A stretch of 47,864 nucleotides of DNA from an uncultured Christensenella sp. GTDB lineage: Bacteria; Bacillota; Clostridia; Christensenellales; DTU072. Position 1 is the first letter of the stretch, and each line of letters opens with the position of its first letter. Positions 39,299 to 47,864 of the stretch are shown here, piece by piece. The notes beneath the pieces are model-generated. The model ran no database searches, was not told the origin of the DNA, and saw only the letters and a list, made by a program, of their open reading frames with translations. Location of the stretch: contig CAYJBS010000005.1 in assembly GCA_964368435.1 (NCBI GenBank), forward strand, positions 1-47,864, given 5' to 3'. Position numbers and translations under genes: made by a program.

Positions 39299-41926
39299 AT
39301 GAAAAAGTTTCTTATCGCTTTAATATTTCTTATACCGGTGATAGTCATCGTCGCAATTCAAGGCACAGGCGCCGTCATAGAGGCATGGGCGCCGGCGGTC
39401 AATGCAGAAAGTATCGAAATCAGAGACGGCTACAACGACTATATCGGCGGCGGCAGAATTATTATACCGCGCTACTTTACAGACGGCAGCGACGGCAGCG
39501 AATATATTTATATAAATGTCTATCCAAATGTGGTGTTTTCCGACGAAGTAGGCTATACCGTTTCCGAAGAAGAGGGGTATGACGGCGAATGCATACTTGA
39601 GCATGTCAGCAAAACCAAATATAAGCTGATCGCCAAAAAGAACGGCAGTGTGCTGATGAAGATTTATTCCGTCACTAACGAAAACGCATACAAAATGCTA
39701 AATGTTTATATAACCTCGGATTTGATTACCGACATAAACATATTTGCCGACGACAGCGACAGCATACAAAGAGTTGCGGAGGATGCCGACATAACACTGG
39801 CAAGTTCAATCAGACTCTATGCCTATGCCTATCCTGCCGAAGCCATCGGCAAAAACCTCACCACTTGGCAAAGCAGTGACAACGGCATCGCTACCGTTGA
39901 CAAAAACGGAGTAGTCACTGCGACAGGCAAGGGCAAAGCCAAAATAACCTGCTACTTGAAGGACAAGACAGGCACTGAGCATTTCTCTTTTATTCATGTC
40001 GTGGTAGAAGAGGAGATACTGCTCAAAGCAGAACAGCTGTTCCTTGATAGGGCTTTCTTTACGGCGCTGACCGAAGAGGGACAAAAGAGCTTTGTTCTGG
40101 AAAACGTCATAAAGAAGTTTGGCAAGCATGACGAAGTACTGCCTTTGACTGAAGAAGACATAATACGCACTCTTGTCGACAAAGACTTCATAGAGTTCGA
40201 AATCGACGGCAAGCCGCTGAGAATAGATTTCACAGAATACGATGCCATAGCCCTAAAAAGCAATTATTTGAATGAAATATATCTCGAGAACGGCGGTTAT
40301 ACGCTTATTCCGCAATACAAAGACTTCCGCAGAAAAGAAATGCCGAACGTAGTGTATCATATCTCGGACAGCTCGATTTTGAGCGTTGAGAACGGCAGTA
40401 TTATTCCGCACAAAGAAGGTGTATGTACGGTGTATGCCGAACGAAACGGACATCGCACCGATTCCCTGACTTTGACCGTAAAGACCAGAGTAATTTCCTT
40501 CCAAATGCCCCTGTCGAATTTCGACAACAAAAGAGGCATCAAGCAAGAAAGAATTTGGGGACAATACTTCTTTGAAGGAGAGCTGATTCAAAACAGTTTT
40601 ACTTTGGGGTATCAGACAGCTTCGGTGCATCCTTTCTCAAACTGCTTTGATTTGCTTTGGGAAAGCGACAGCCTTTTTGCCGAGATCGACCAAAACGGCA
40701 AAATAACCTTCCTTGACGGCTGCGCCAATCAAACCATAAGCGTCACGGCGACGGCTGTTGTTCACGGCATAAAAACCGAACTTAGCAGGCGGTATACCTT
40801 CTTTATGGCAGATGAAGACGTCATAAACGTATACAATCTGCTTGAAGCCGAGAGGGCATATAGCGATGAGACGGGCAGAAATGCCATTGCGCTGCAAAGT
40901 GATATTGCTATAGACGCGCCGCATACGCTATATGTTACCAACAACCTGCACGGCAACGGTTTTTTATTGAACTTCAAATATCCCGACGGAATCTTCAAGT
41001 ACGATGATGCGCTTTCTGTGAAGGACGACAGATTCAATGTCAACAATGAATATTATATTCTCGAAAATTTCACCGTTCAAAGCGATGAGAGTTTCGAAAA
41101 AGGCAAATATAAGTCCAACAATATTTATATGAGCAATATGAAGATTGACGGCACCGTAAGGTATGTCATATCCCGTTATGGTTGGAACTCGTTGCACATA
41201 ACAAAAAACAAGGGCACGCTGACCGTTGAGGGCTGTATCTTCGGAGCCACGGGCTTTGCGGCGATTTATTTCAGCGACGATCATTTCACTTCACCTAAGA
41301 TACAAAAAGGTACGCTTATCGTCAAGAATGTTGTCATGCGCGAAACAGACTGCGCGTCACTTGTGACTACCCCCAACAGCTTTGAGCCCGACATAAAAGA
41401 TAATTATGTTCAGAATATAGTTTTTGAGGGTTTTATGGACAGCTACAACTGGAAAAAGGTCGAGGAGTTGCAGGGTATCTTCAACGCTATTGACGATGGT
41501 ATGCTGGGTCCACTGAGAGAAGCAAGAGATTTCCTCAGCAACCTTTTGGGCAATATGCTTGAAGAGTATTTTTCGGTCGAACCTTACAAGAGCGCTGTTT
41601 ATACCGACAGCGCGGGACAAAGATGGGTGTCGATGAATATGTTTGCATTGGGCTTGTGCCAGACGGTTGATCCGGCGACATTTGATTTCACAAAAAATTC
41701 CGAATTTTATCTGGTGCCTGTGCAACTCAACAAAACATCATCCAATCTGCTGAAAAGAATAGTAGGATTCGACATGGATTTGCCTTGTTATCTGCTTTCC
41801 TACAAATTTGACGAGACAAGAGGTCCTGTCATAAGACCGCAAGATTCCTGTCCGGAAAACGAACAACTGTTCAGTAGACTGCATCCTGGACCATCCGACA
41901 ACAATAACAACCGAACAAAAAACTAA
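39299..41926 (+). CDS. Large N-anchored surface protein with Ig-like (Big_2) repeats and possible beta-helix
   Basis: Hydrophobic N-terminus; TWQSSDNGIATVDKNGVVTA, YHISDSSILSVENGSI and WESDSLFAEIDQNGKITF repeats; C-terminal NNLHGNGF/TVEGCIF pattern. Confidence 0.75.
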   Translation: MKKFLIALIFLIPVIVIVAIQGTGAVIEAWAPAVNAESIEIRDGYNDYIGGGRIIIPRYFTDGSDGSEYIYINVYPNVVFSDEVGYTVSEEEGYDGECILEHVSKTKYKLIAKKNGSVLMKIYSVTNENAYKMLNVYITSDLITDINIFADDSDSIQRVAEDADITLASSIRLYAYAYPAEAIGKNLTTWQSSDNGIATVDKNGVVTATGKGKAKITCYLKDKTGTEHFSFIHVVVEEEILLKAEQLFLDRAFFTALTEEGQKSFVLENVIKKFGKHDEVLPLTEEDIIRTLVDKDFIEFEIDGKPLRIDFTEYDAIALKSNYLNEIYLENGGYTLIPQYKDFRRKEMPNVVYHISDSSILSVENGSIIPHKEGVCTVYAERNGHRTDSLTLTVKTRVISFQMPLSNFDNKRGIKQERIWGQYFFEGELIQNSFTLGYQTASVHPFSNCFDLLWESDSLFAEIDQNGKITFLDGCANQTISVTATAVVHGIKTELSRRYTFFMADEDVINVYNLLEAERAYSDETGRNAIALQSDIAIDAPHTLYVTNNLHGNGFLLNFKYPDGIFKYDDALSVKDDRFNVNNEYYILENFTVQSDESFEKGKYKSNNIYMSNMKIDGTVRYVISRYGWNSLHITKNKGTLTVEGCIFGATGFAAIYFSDDHFTSPKIQKGTLIVKNVVMRETDCASLVTTPNSFEPDIKDNYVQNIVFEGFMDSYNWKKVEELQGIFNAIDDGMLGPLREARDFLSNLLGNMLEEYFSVEPYKSAVYTDSAGQRWVSMNMFALGLCQTVDPATFDFTKNSEFYLVPVQLNKTSSNLLKRIVGFDMDLPCYLLSYKFDETRGPVIRPQDSCPENEQLFSRLHPGPSDNNNNRTKN

Positions 41927-41964
41927 ACAAATAATAAAAAAGAAAAAATAATGGAGGTAACACT

Positions 41965-42894
41965 ATGGCAGTAAGAAGAAGCAGCTGCGCTGGCGGCTGT
42001 CTTGTGAAAGCGCTCATCTCGATCGTCATCATAATAGCATTGCTTGCGGGAGCTGTTATTTGGGCACTGTTCCAAACTCCAGCTCGGTTTGGACTTGCCG
42101 ACACCGAAATTCAAGGCATGACACTCAAAGAAATGGGACTTGCGGATATGAAGATAAAAGATATCATAGCCATCTTCATAAATCTGAGCAACCCTGACGA
42201 AAGCGCCATAGTCGACAATCCTTATGATCCGGTTACGGACAAGGCAGGCGCAGACCAAAAAGCCGGCACAATGGGAATTGGCGAAGACGATTATTTGTCG
42301 CTTGTTGGAGATACACATGTCACAACGACAACTCCGGAGCTTTTGAGTTTCGCCGATACCGAAATAGCCTATATTTTGAACAGCATTGTTCAACAAGGCT
42401 CTTCAGAAGTTGAGGGAGAGGAAGAGGCGCAGATTATCAGAGATATGGACGCTTCGATAGCTCAAGTGACCATAACAAAAGGCACGGAAATCACAATTGA
42501 AATATTGCTGAAAATCAATATATCTTCCATAAAAAGAGATTTGCCCGCCATTGTGGCGAACAGATTGCCCGACGCTGTTTATTTGAACAGCATCAATAAG
42601 CTGACGGTAACTGAAGGTTTATATCCCTTAGGCGGTATTGTTTCTACTCAATCTTCGGGTATTGAAATCAACGGCATGGATGGCGCGACAACGGCTATCA
42701 TCCTAAACGCTTTATCAAGCGGAATCGAAGAGGCGGAGCAAGCCGAAGATCCGGCAAAATATTTCAATGACACATTCGGCGCATTCTTCCAAAAAGTTGT
42801 CAATAATATGGGTTTGGTCGGCGCTAGCGTTACCAATTGCGGTCCGGACGGCGTCATTGATCACCAAATAAAAGTCATAACCAGAATACTGTGA
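41965..42894 (+). CDS. Single-pass membrane-anchored hypothetical protein
   Basis: SD ggaggt; MAVRRSSCAGGCL + TM, then an acidic extracytoplasmic domain. Confidence 0.75.
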   Translation: MAVRRSSCAGGCLVKALISIVIIIALLAGAVIWALFQTPARFGLADTEIQGMTLKEMGLADMKIKDIIAIFINLSNPDESAIVDNPYDPVTDKAGADQKAGTMGIGEDDYLSLVGDTHVTTTTPELLSFADTEIAYILNSIVQQGSSEVEGEEEAQIIRDMDASIAQVTITKGTEITIEILLKINISSIKRDLPAIVANRLPDAVYLNSINKLTVTEGLYPLGGIVSTQSSGIEINGMDGATTAIILNALSSGIEEAEQAEDPAKYFNDTFGAFFQKVVNNMGLVGASVTNCGPDGVIDHQIKVITRIL

Positions 42895-43556
42895 TAGGCA
42901 TAATTATTGCGATGCCGCAGGAGTTCGCTCCCTACAAGCAACACATAACAGCGTCCAAGCAACACTGCGGCAAACAATTTCACGAGGGCGTTATTGCAGG
43001 GCAAGAGATCGTCATATGCCTAAGCGGCATCGGCAAGGTCAATGCGGCATTCGCAACCACGCTGATGACGCAAATATATGAACCCTCATTGCTGATAAGC
43101 ACCGGTTTATCGGGAGGGCTGGGCAAAACCGCCCAATTTGACATCGTGCTTGCCGATAGGCTGGTACAACACGATGTCGACACCACGGCGCTGGGTGACC
43201 CGAAAGGTATGGTATCCACCGTCAACAAGGTGTTTTTTGAAACGGATAACAGCTTGCTGGCGCGTTTCAAACAAAGTTTGCCCGAAGCAAAAGTAGGTAC
43301 TATCGCCAGCGGAGATCAGTTCATTGCCGACAAAGAACTGTCGAAGAACATAACAGAGCAATTCGAAGCCATAGCTTGCGACATGGAAAGCGGCGCAGTG
43401 GCGCAAATTGCATATCTGACGGATACTCCACTTGCCGTTGTAAGAGGCATAAGCGATGCTGCAGACGGCGAAGCCGCCGCCGATTTTTTGACTGTAACAG
43501 AAAAAATCAGCGCAGAAGTCTATAAAGCTGTTGCAAGCGTAATTGAAAAGCTATAA
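42891..43556 (+). CDS. mtnN: 5'-methylthioadenosine/S-adenosylhomocysteine nucleosidase
   Basis: GIIIAMPQE, SGIGKVNAA, QHDVD, SGDQFI, DMESGAVAQ, RGISD. Confidence 0.93.
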   Translation: MIGIIIAMPQEFAPYKQHITASKQHCGKQFHEGVIAGQEIVICLSGIGKVNAAFATTLMTQIYEPSLLISTGLSGGLGKTAQFDIVLADRLVQHDVDTTALGDPKGMVSTVNKVFFETDNSLLARFKQSLPEAKVGTIASGDQFIADKELSKNITEQFEAIACDMESGAVAQIAYLTDTPLAVVRGISDAADGEAAADFLTVTEKISAEVYKAVASVIEKL

Positions 43557-43589
43557 TTATACAAAATATACATAAGCAGGTAAAAAAGA

Positions 43590-45452
43590 ATGAAGGTAAA
43601 AAATATTGTTAAAAGGTACACCATACTATTCGCGCTACTCCGTGACATCGGTCTCGGCGCGCTGGCGTTTGTAGCGGCGTATTGGGTAAACAGAGGCAGT
43701 TTGATTTCGCTTCCCAGCCTTCGTCTGCTGTGGGTATACTTCTTCATCTGCATTTTTACCACCGTTTCAGCAATGGCGCTGCTGAAAAACTACCGTGTGG
43801 AATGGCGGTATGCCGGCATCACGGAAATAGTCAACGTAGTACTGGCTTTCATAGTATCGGGCGTCATCGCCACCATACTGAAATTGAGTTACTTCCAAAA
43901 GGTATATTTGAGCCTTTTGTTCCTATTTTACTTTTTCTATTTCGGTTTCTCTTTGCTTTGGAGATTGTCGGCGCGGTTCGTGCTGGTTTTGAAAAAGCGG
44001 TTCAGAGTAGTCGGCATCGACAACGAGAATATGATAGTCTACGGCGCAGGATATACCGGCGCAACGCTTGTCAAAAGGCTAGTCGAGAAACCCGAAGAGG
44101 GGTTTGACCCTGTGGCGATTATTGACGATGATCCTGAAAAACACCGCAGATTTGTCAGCGACATTCCTGTAATCGGCGGCAGAGACTGCATAGGTTATGC
44201 CATAAGAAAGTACAAAGTGACGACAATAGCCATAGCCATCTCAAAAATCACACGCGAACAACTGTTGTCTATCTACACTTATATAAAGAAATTCAATGTA
44301 AAAATCAAAATCACCAGCAATATGAGCGGAGCCAATTCCGTGCTGAATTCCGATGTAATTTCCCTGAAAAATTTGAAAATAGAGGACCTTTTGCATCGGA
44401 AAGAGCATAAAATAGACAAGGAACTGCTCGACAGCTTCATAAACAACAAAGTCATAATGGTAACCGGCGGCGCAGGCTCAATTGGCAGTGAGATTTGTCG
44501 TCAGGCGCTACAATACCACTGCAAAAAGCTCATCGTATTCGATCACCACGAATACGGTATGTTTAAGATTGACCAGGAGTTCCAGAAAGGCTATTCCGAC
44601 GATATGTACGCTCTCGAGGTAGGTTCCGTAAGAGACCGCGAAAAGGTGCGCACAATCATCGAAAAATACAAGCCCGACATAGTTTTCCATGCGGCGGCAT
44701 ATAAGCATGTGCCCATGATGGAAATAAGCGCCGACGAAGCCGTCAAGAACAACGTGATGGGTACCGAAAATGTCATCGACCAATGCAATGAAAGCGGCGT
44801 AAAAAAGTTCATATTAGTATCAACAGACAAGGCGATAAACCCGGCGAACATTATGGGTGCCACAAAACGCATTGCCGAATTGGTATTGGAATGTAAATCT
44901 GCCACCTCTGTCACTCAGCTTGCGGCGGTAAGATTTGGCAACGTGCTCGGCTCCAGCGGCAGCGTCATTCCCACCTTTATGAAACAAATCAACAACAGAG
45001 AACCTATCACAGTGACGCACCCTGAGATGAAAAGGTATTTCATGACTATACCCGAGGCGGTCAGATTGGTGATACAAGCAGGCGCGCTGGCAAACGGCGG
45101 CGAAGTATTTGTCCTTGATATGGGCGAGCCGGTATATATAAAAGACCTTGCCACAGATCTTATTCGCGCAAGCGGACTTGTACCGGATAAGGACATAAAA
45201 ATAAAATATACAGGTTTAAGACCCGGCGAAAAACTGTTCGAAGAGTTGCAATATTCCGATGAGGACGTCAACATCACAAAACACAGCGGCATATTTGTCT
45301 GCAAGCTGTCTGGAGTAGATTGCGAGGAGTTTTTCGGCAAACTGAACAGGCTCAAGGAAACGGCGCAAAAAAACGATAAAGCGCAAGTAGAGGAGCTTAT
45401 TTTTGAAATAGTTCCCAGTGAATATAGAGAGAAAGCCAAAGGAGTAGCATAG
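43590..45452 (+). CDS. Membrane-bound nucleotide-sugar 4,6-dehydratase (PglF/CapD family)
   Basis: 4 N-terminal TM, YGAG Rossmann-like domain, TGGAGSIGSE, HAAAYKHVP, STDKA, MGATK, RFGNVLGS, LRPGEKLFEEL. Confidence 0.93.
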   Translation: MKVKNIVKRYTILFALLRDIGLGALAFVAAYWVNRGSLISLPSLRLLWVYFFICIFTTVSAMALLKNYRVEWRYAGITEIVNVVLAFIVSGVIATILKLSYFQKVYLSLLFLFYFFYFGFSLLWRLSARFVLVLKKRFRVVGIDNENMIVYGAGYTGATLVKRLVEKPEEGFDPVAIIDDDPEKHRRFVSDIPVIGGRDCIGYAIRKYKVTTIAIAISKITREQLLSIYTYIKKFNVKIKITSNMSGANSVLNSDVISLKNLKIEDLLHRKEHKIDKELLDSFINNKVIMVTGGAGSIGSEICRQALQYHCKKLIVFDHHEYGMFKIDQEFQKGYSDDMYALEVGSVRDREKVRTIIEKYKPDIVFHAAAYKHVPMMEISADEAVKNNVMGTENVIDQCNESGVKKFILVSTDKAINPANIMGATKRIAELVLECKSATSVTQLAAVRFGNVLGSSGSVIPTFMKQINNREPITVTHPEMKRYFMTIPEAVRLVIQAGALANGGEVFVLDMGEPVYIKDLATDLIRASGLVPDKDIKIKYTGLRPGEKLFEELQYSDEDVNITKHSGIFVCKLSGVDCEEFFGKLNRLKETAQKNDKAQVEELIFEIVPSEYREKAKGVA

Positions 45453-46745
45453 ATGTCGCATTTCGGAACAGACGGAATAAGAGCAAAGGCAACGGAGTTC
45501 TCGGCAGAATATTTATATAAAATTGCCGATGCAGCTTCGGCGGAATTACCGAAATCAAAAGTAGTAATTGGCAGGGATACGCGTATCAGCGGTCCCTTTA
45601 TTGAAACAGAACTGGCAAACCGATTGGCGCAAAAGGGCGCTGAAGTCATCATCGCAGGCATGACGGCGACGCCGACGCTTGCGTATTTGACAAAGCTTTT
45701 GGGCGCTGACTTCGGCATAATGATATCCGCCAGTCACAACCCACCCGAATACAACGGCATAAAATTTTTCTCCTCTTCCGCCGAAAAAATCAGCGACGAG
45801 AGAGAGAAAGCCATAGAATTTTTTATAGACAACCCCAAAGAAATGCCTGATGTGAGAGTACCGAAGAAAGTTTCTTATTTTTTCGGAGACGGAGAATATA
45901 TCGATTTTCTTATACGCAGTCTGAACCCCGATATTGCGGGAATGACAATTTGTCTTGACTGCGCGAACGGAGCAACGGCGAATATTGCGCCGACTCTCTT
46001 CAAAAAACTTGGCGCAAAGGTCACTGTTCATAACAGCAATACCTGCGGCAAAGACATAAACGAGGGTTGCGGCGCCACAAAGCCGGAATTTCTCATGCAG
46101 AAGATGGAAGAAGAAGCATATGATATAGGTTTCAGCTATGACGGAGACGGCGACCGACTTATGGTAGCCGAAAACGGAAAGCTGTTTAACGGCGATCATC
46201 TTATGTATGTCCATGCAAGAAGCATGAAGCAAAAAGGTACGCTGAAACACGATACCATAGTAGCTACAATTATGAGCAATATGGGAACAGAGGCGGCGTG
46301 CAAAAAAAGCGGACTCAAACTGCTCCGCACACCTGTTGGGGATAAGTTTGTTCACCGTGAAATGATAAAGAACGGATATAATATCGGCGGAGAGGAGTCG
46401 GGACACATCATTTTCAGCGATTATATGAAGACAGGCGACGGAATATTGGCGTCTTTGCTGACGGCAATGCTGGCAAAAGAAGTGTCATTGACATCTCTTG
46501 ATGACATAAAAGAGTATCCCAAGGCAATCGAGAGTTATATGTGCGACAAGGCGGCGGCGCAGAGGTTCTACACCGATGAAGCCATCCAAGACTACCTTCA
46601 GAATCTCGATTTTGAAGGCAGAGCAGTGGTGCGTCCAAGCGGCACCGAACCGAAAATAAGAATACTGGTGGAGGCTGCCGACAAGCAGCTTGCCGACCAA
46701 AAAGCCAATGAAATAAAAGAATTTTTGATAAGGAGACTGGGCTGA
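45453..46745 (+). CDS. glmM: Phosphoglucosamine mutase
   Basis: FGTDGIR, ISASHNP, DGDGDR, GGEESGH, RPSGTEP. Confidence 0.95.
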   Translation: MSHFGTDGIRAKATEFSAEYLYKIADAASAELPKSKVVIGRDTRISGPFIETELANRLAQKGAEVIIAGMTATPTLAYLTKLLGADFGIMISASHNPPEYNGIKFFSSSAEKISDEREKAIEFFIDNPKEMPDVRVPKKVSYFFGDGEYIDFLIRSLNPDIAGMTICLDCANGATANIAPTLFKKLGAKVTVHNSNTCGKDINEGCGATKPEFLMQKMEEEAYDIGFSYDGDGDRLMVAENGKLFNGDHLMYVHARSMKQKGTLKHDTIVATIMSNMGTEAACKKSGLKLLRTPVGDKFVHREMIKNGYNIGGEESGHIIFSDYMKTGDGILASLLTAMLAKEVSLTSLDDIKEYPKAIESYMCDKAAAQRFYTDEAIQDYLQNLDFEGRAVVRPSGTEPKIRILVEAADKQLADQKANEIKEFLIRRLG

Positions 46746-46749
46746 TTAT

Positions 46750-47733
46750 ATGATAAAAATTTATGTTATCAACGAGAAGAGGTATGCGCATGTGGATATT
46801 TTGGGAAAATTCCCTCAAGATATTTTGACTGCCGGACTAAAAGATATTTCAATTATAGAAAATATAGATGAGGTTGAAGAGCAATCGGCGGATTATACCG
46901 CCGTGCTTTATTATGACACTCCGCTTGCGGACAACGCTTTTCTTGAGGAGTTGGCAGCGTCCGGCGATGGCTGGCGCATAGGCGACGGTTGGCTGAAAAA
47001 GCGTGGGTTTGCAGGCGAAATGAAAGTAACTGACGATGTTCGTGCAACACAAATCAAAAATCTAGGCAAGGTTGCGCCGATTTATGCCGAACTTCGCAGA
47101 AGAATAATAGAAAATTATAAACAAAGAGACATTCTTTTTTATGACATAGACAGCTGTTATATCGATTTGACGGTGGAAATAGCCGACGGTTGCATAATAC
47201 ACCCTATGGTGGCGCTGCGCGGCAAAACCAAACTCGGCGCAGACTGTGTCATCTTCCCTCAAACAGAACTTATTGACACGGAAGTGGCGAATTGCGTTGA
47301 TATCCGTTCGTCATATTCATTGAGCGCAAGAATAGGCTCGTATACAACAGTCGGACCCTTCGCATGTCTGAGAAAAGATGCGATAATCGGCGCTTATTGC
47401 CGTGTCGGCGACTTTGTCGAAGTCAAGAATTCCACAATAGGTGATGGCACAAAAATGGCGCACTTGGCATATGTCGGCGATTCCATAGTAGGACAAAATA
47501 CCAACGTCGGTTGCGGCACGGTATTTGCAAACTATAACGGCAAAATCAAACAAAGATGTACCGTCGGAAGCAACGTGTTTATCGGCGCAAACAGCAATCT
47601 TGTGGCGCCTGTGGTCGTTCATGACGGAGCGTATATTGCCGCAGGCAGCACAGTGACTCACGATGTTCCGGGCGGCAACTTGTGCATAGCTCGTTCACGC
47701 CAAGTTTTGAAAGAGAATTGGGAAAGAAAATAA
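46750..47733 (+). CDS. glmU: GlmU-derived protein: intact left-handed beta-helix acetyltransferase domain, degenerate N-terminal domain
   Basis: VGPFACLR, GDFVEVKNS, HLAYVGD, ANYNG, FIGANSNLVAPV, AAGSTVT; only 327 aa, no LAAGxGxRM motif. Confidence 0.8.
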   Translation: MIKIYVINEKRYAHVDILGKFPQDILTAGLKDISIIENIDEVEEQSADYTAVLYYDTPLADNAFLEELAASGDGWRIGDGWLKKRGFAGEMKVTDDVRATQIKNLGKVAPIYAELRRRIIENYKQRDILFYDIDSCYIDLTVEIADGCIIHPMVALRGKTKLGADCVIFPQTELIDTEVANCVDIRSSYSLSARIGSYTTVGPFACLRKDAIIGAYCRVGDFVEVKNSTIGDGTKMAHLAYVGDSIVGQNTNVGCGTVFANYNGKIKQRCTVGSNVFIGANSNLVAPVVVHDGAYIAAGSTVTHDVPGGNLCIARSRQVLKENWERK

Positions 47734-47740
47734 GATTATA

Positions 47741-47864
47741 TGTCATTTCGACTGACCTAGTAACATAAAGCGGATGAGATACCTCGACTCTGCTCGGTAT
47801 GACAAAAACAAGCGGATGAGATACCTCGACTCTGCTCGGTATGACAAAAACAAGCGGATGAGAT
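47741..47864. repeat. REP-like palindromic element with 42-bp tandem repeat, running off the window end
   Basis: aagcggatgagatacctcgactctgctcggtatgacaaaaac repeats at 47768, 47810 and 47852 (partial); upstream tgtcatttcga (47741) is an imperfect inverse of tcggtatgaca. Confidence 0.85.

Noticed and set aside
47768-47864. CRISPR array
   Set aside because: Units are identical over their whole 42 bp with no unique spacers, and there are no cas genes in the window.

Overview
Bacterial chromosomal window, most likely from a Clostridia-class Firmicute (inferred from protein sequences, SigA-type promoters and the metK-recD2-comF block). Most of it is housekeeping: acpP, rpmG-secE-nusG-rplK-rplA, rplJ-rplL, rplI, ispDF, rpoB-rpoC-metK-recD2-comF, a P-type ATPase, L7Ae-rpsL-rpsG-fusA-tuf, argC-argB-GNAT, queH, and a long ABC exporter/surface protein/mtnN/pglF-like/glmM/glmU-like run. 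It ends in a 42-bp tandem REP-like repeat. The outstanding feature is at 1-5836: eight co-oriented genes I cannot assign to any known family. Five encode paralogous 4-TM membrane proteins and three encode small soluble Pro/Gln/Val-rich proteins. Six of the eight share a ~20-30 aa motif (consensus about PVARPSSxIQLxPIVQPIAxVPYxTQxQPLLQY; complete or near-complete in five, truncated in one), found in both the soluble proteins and the predicted cytoplasmic N-termini of the membrane proteins. This looks like an undescribed membrane-anchored co-assembling system. Secondary observations: a natural rifamycin-resistance-type substitution in RpoB, a terminator-separated and diverged EF-G, a P-type ATPase lacking the TM4 glutamate, a GlmU with an eroded uridyltransferase domain, and a GNAT standing where argJ is missing. 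All calls were made by eye; no database searches were run.
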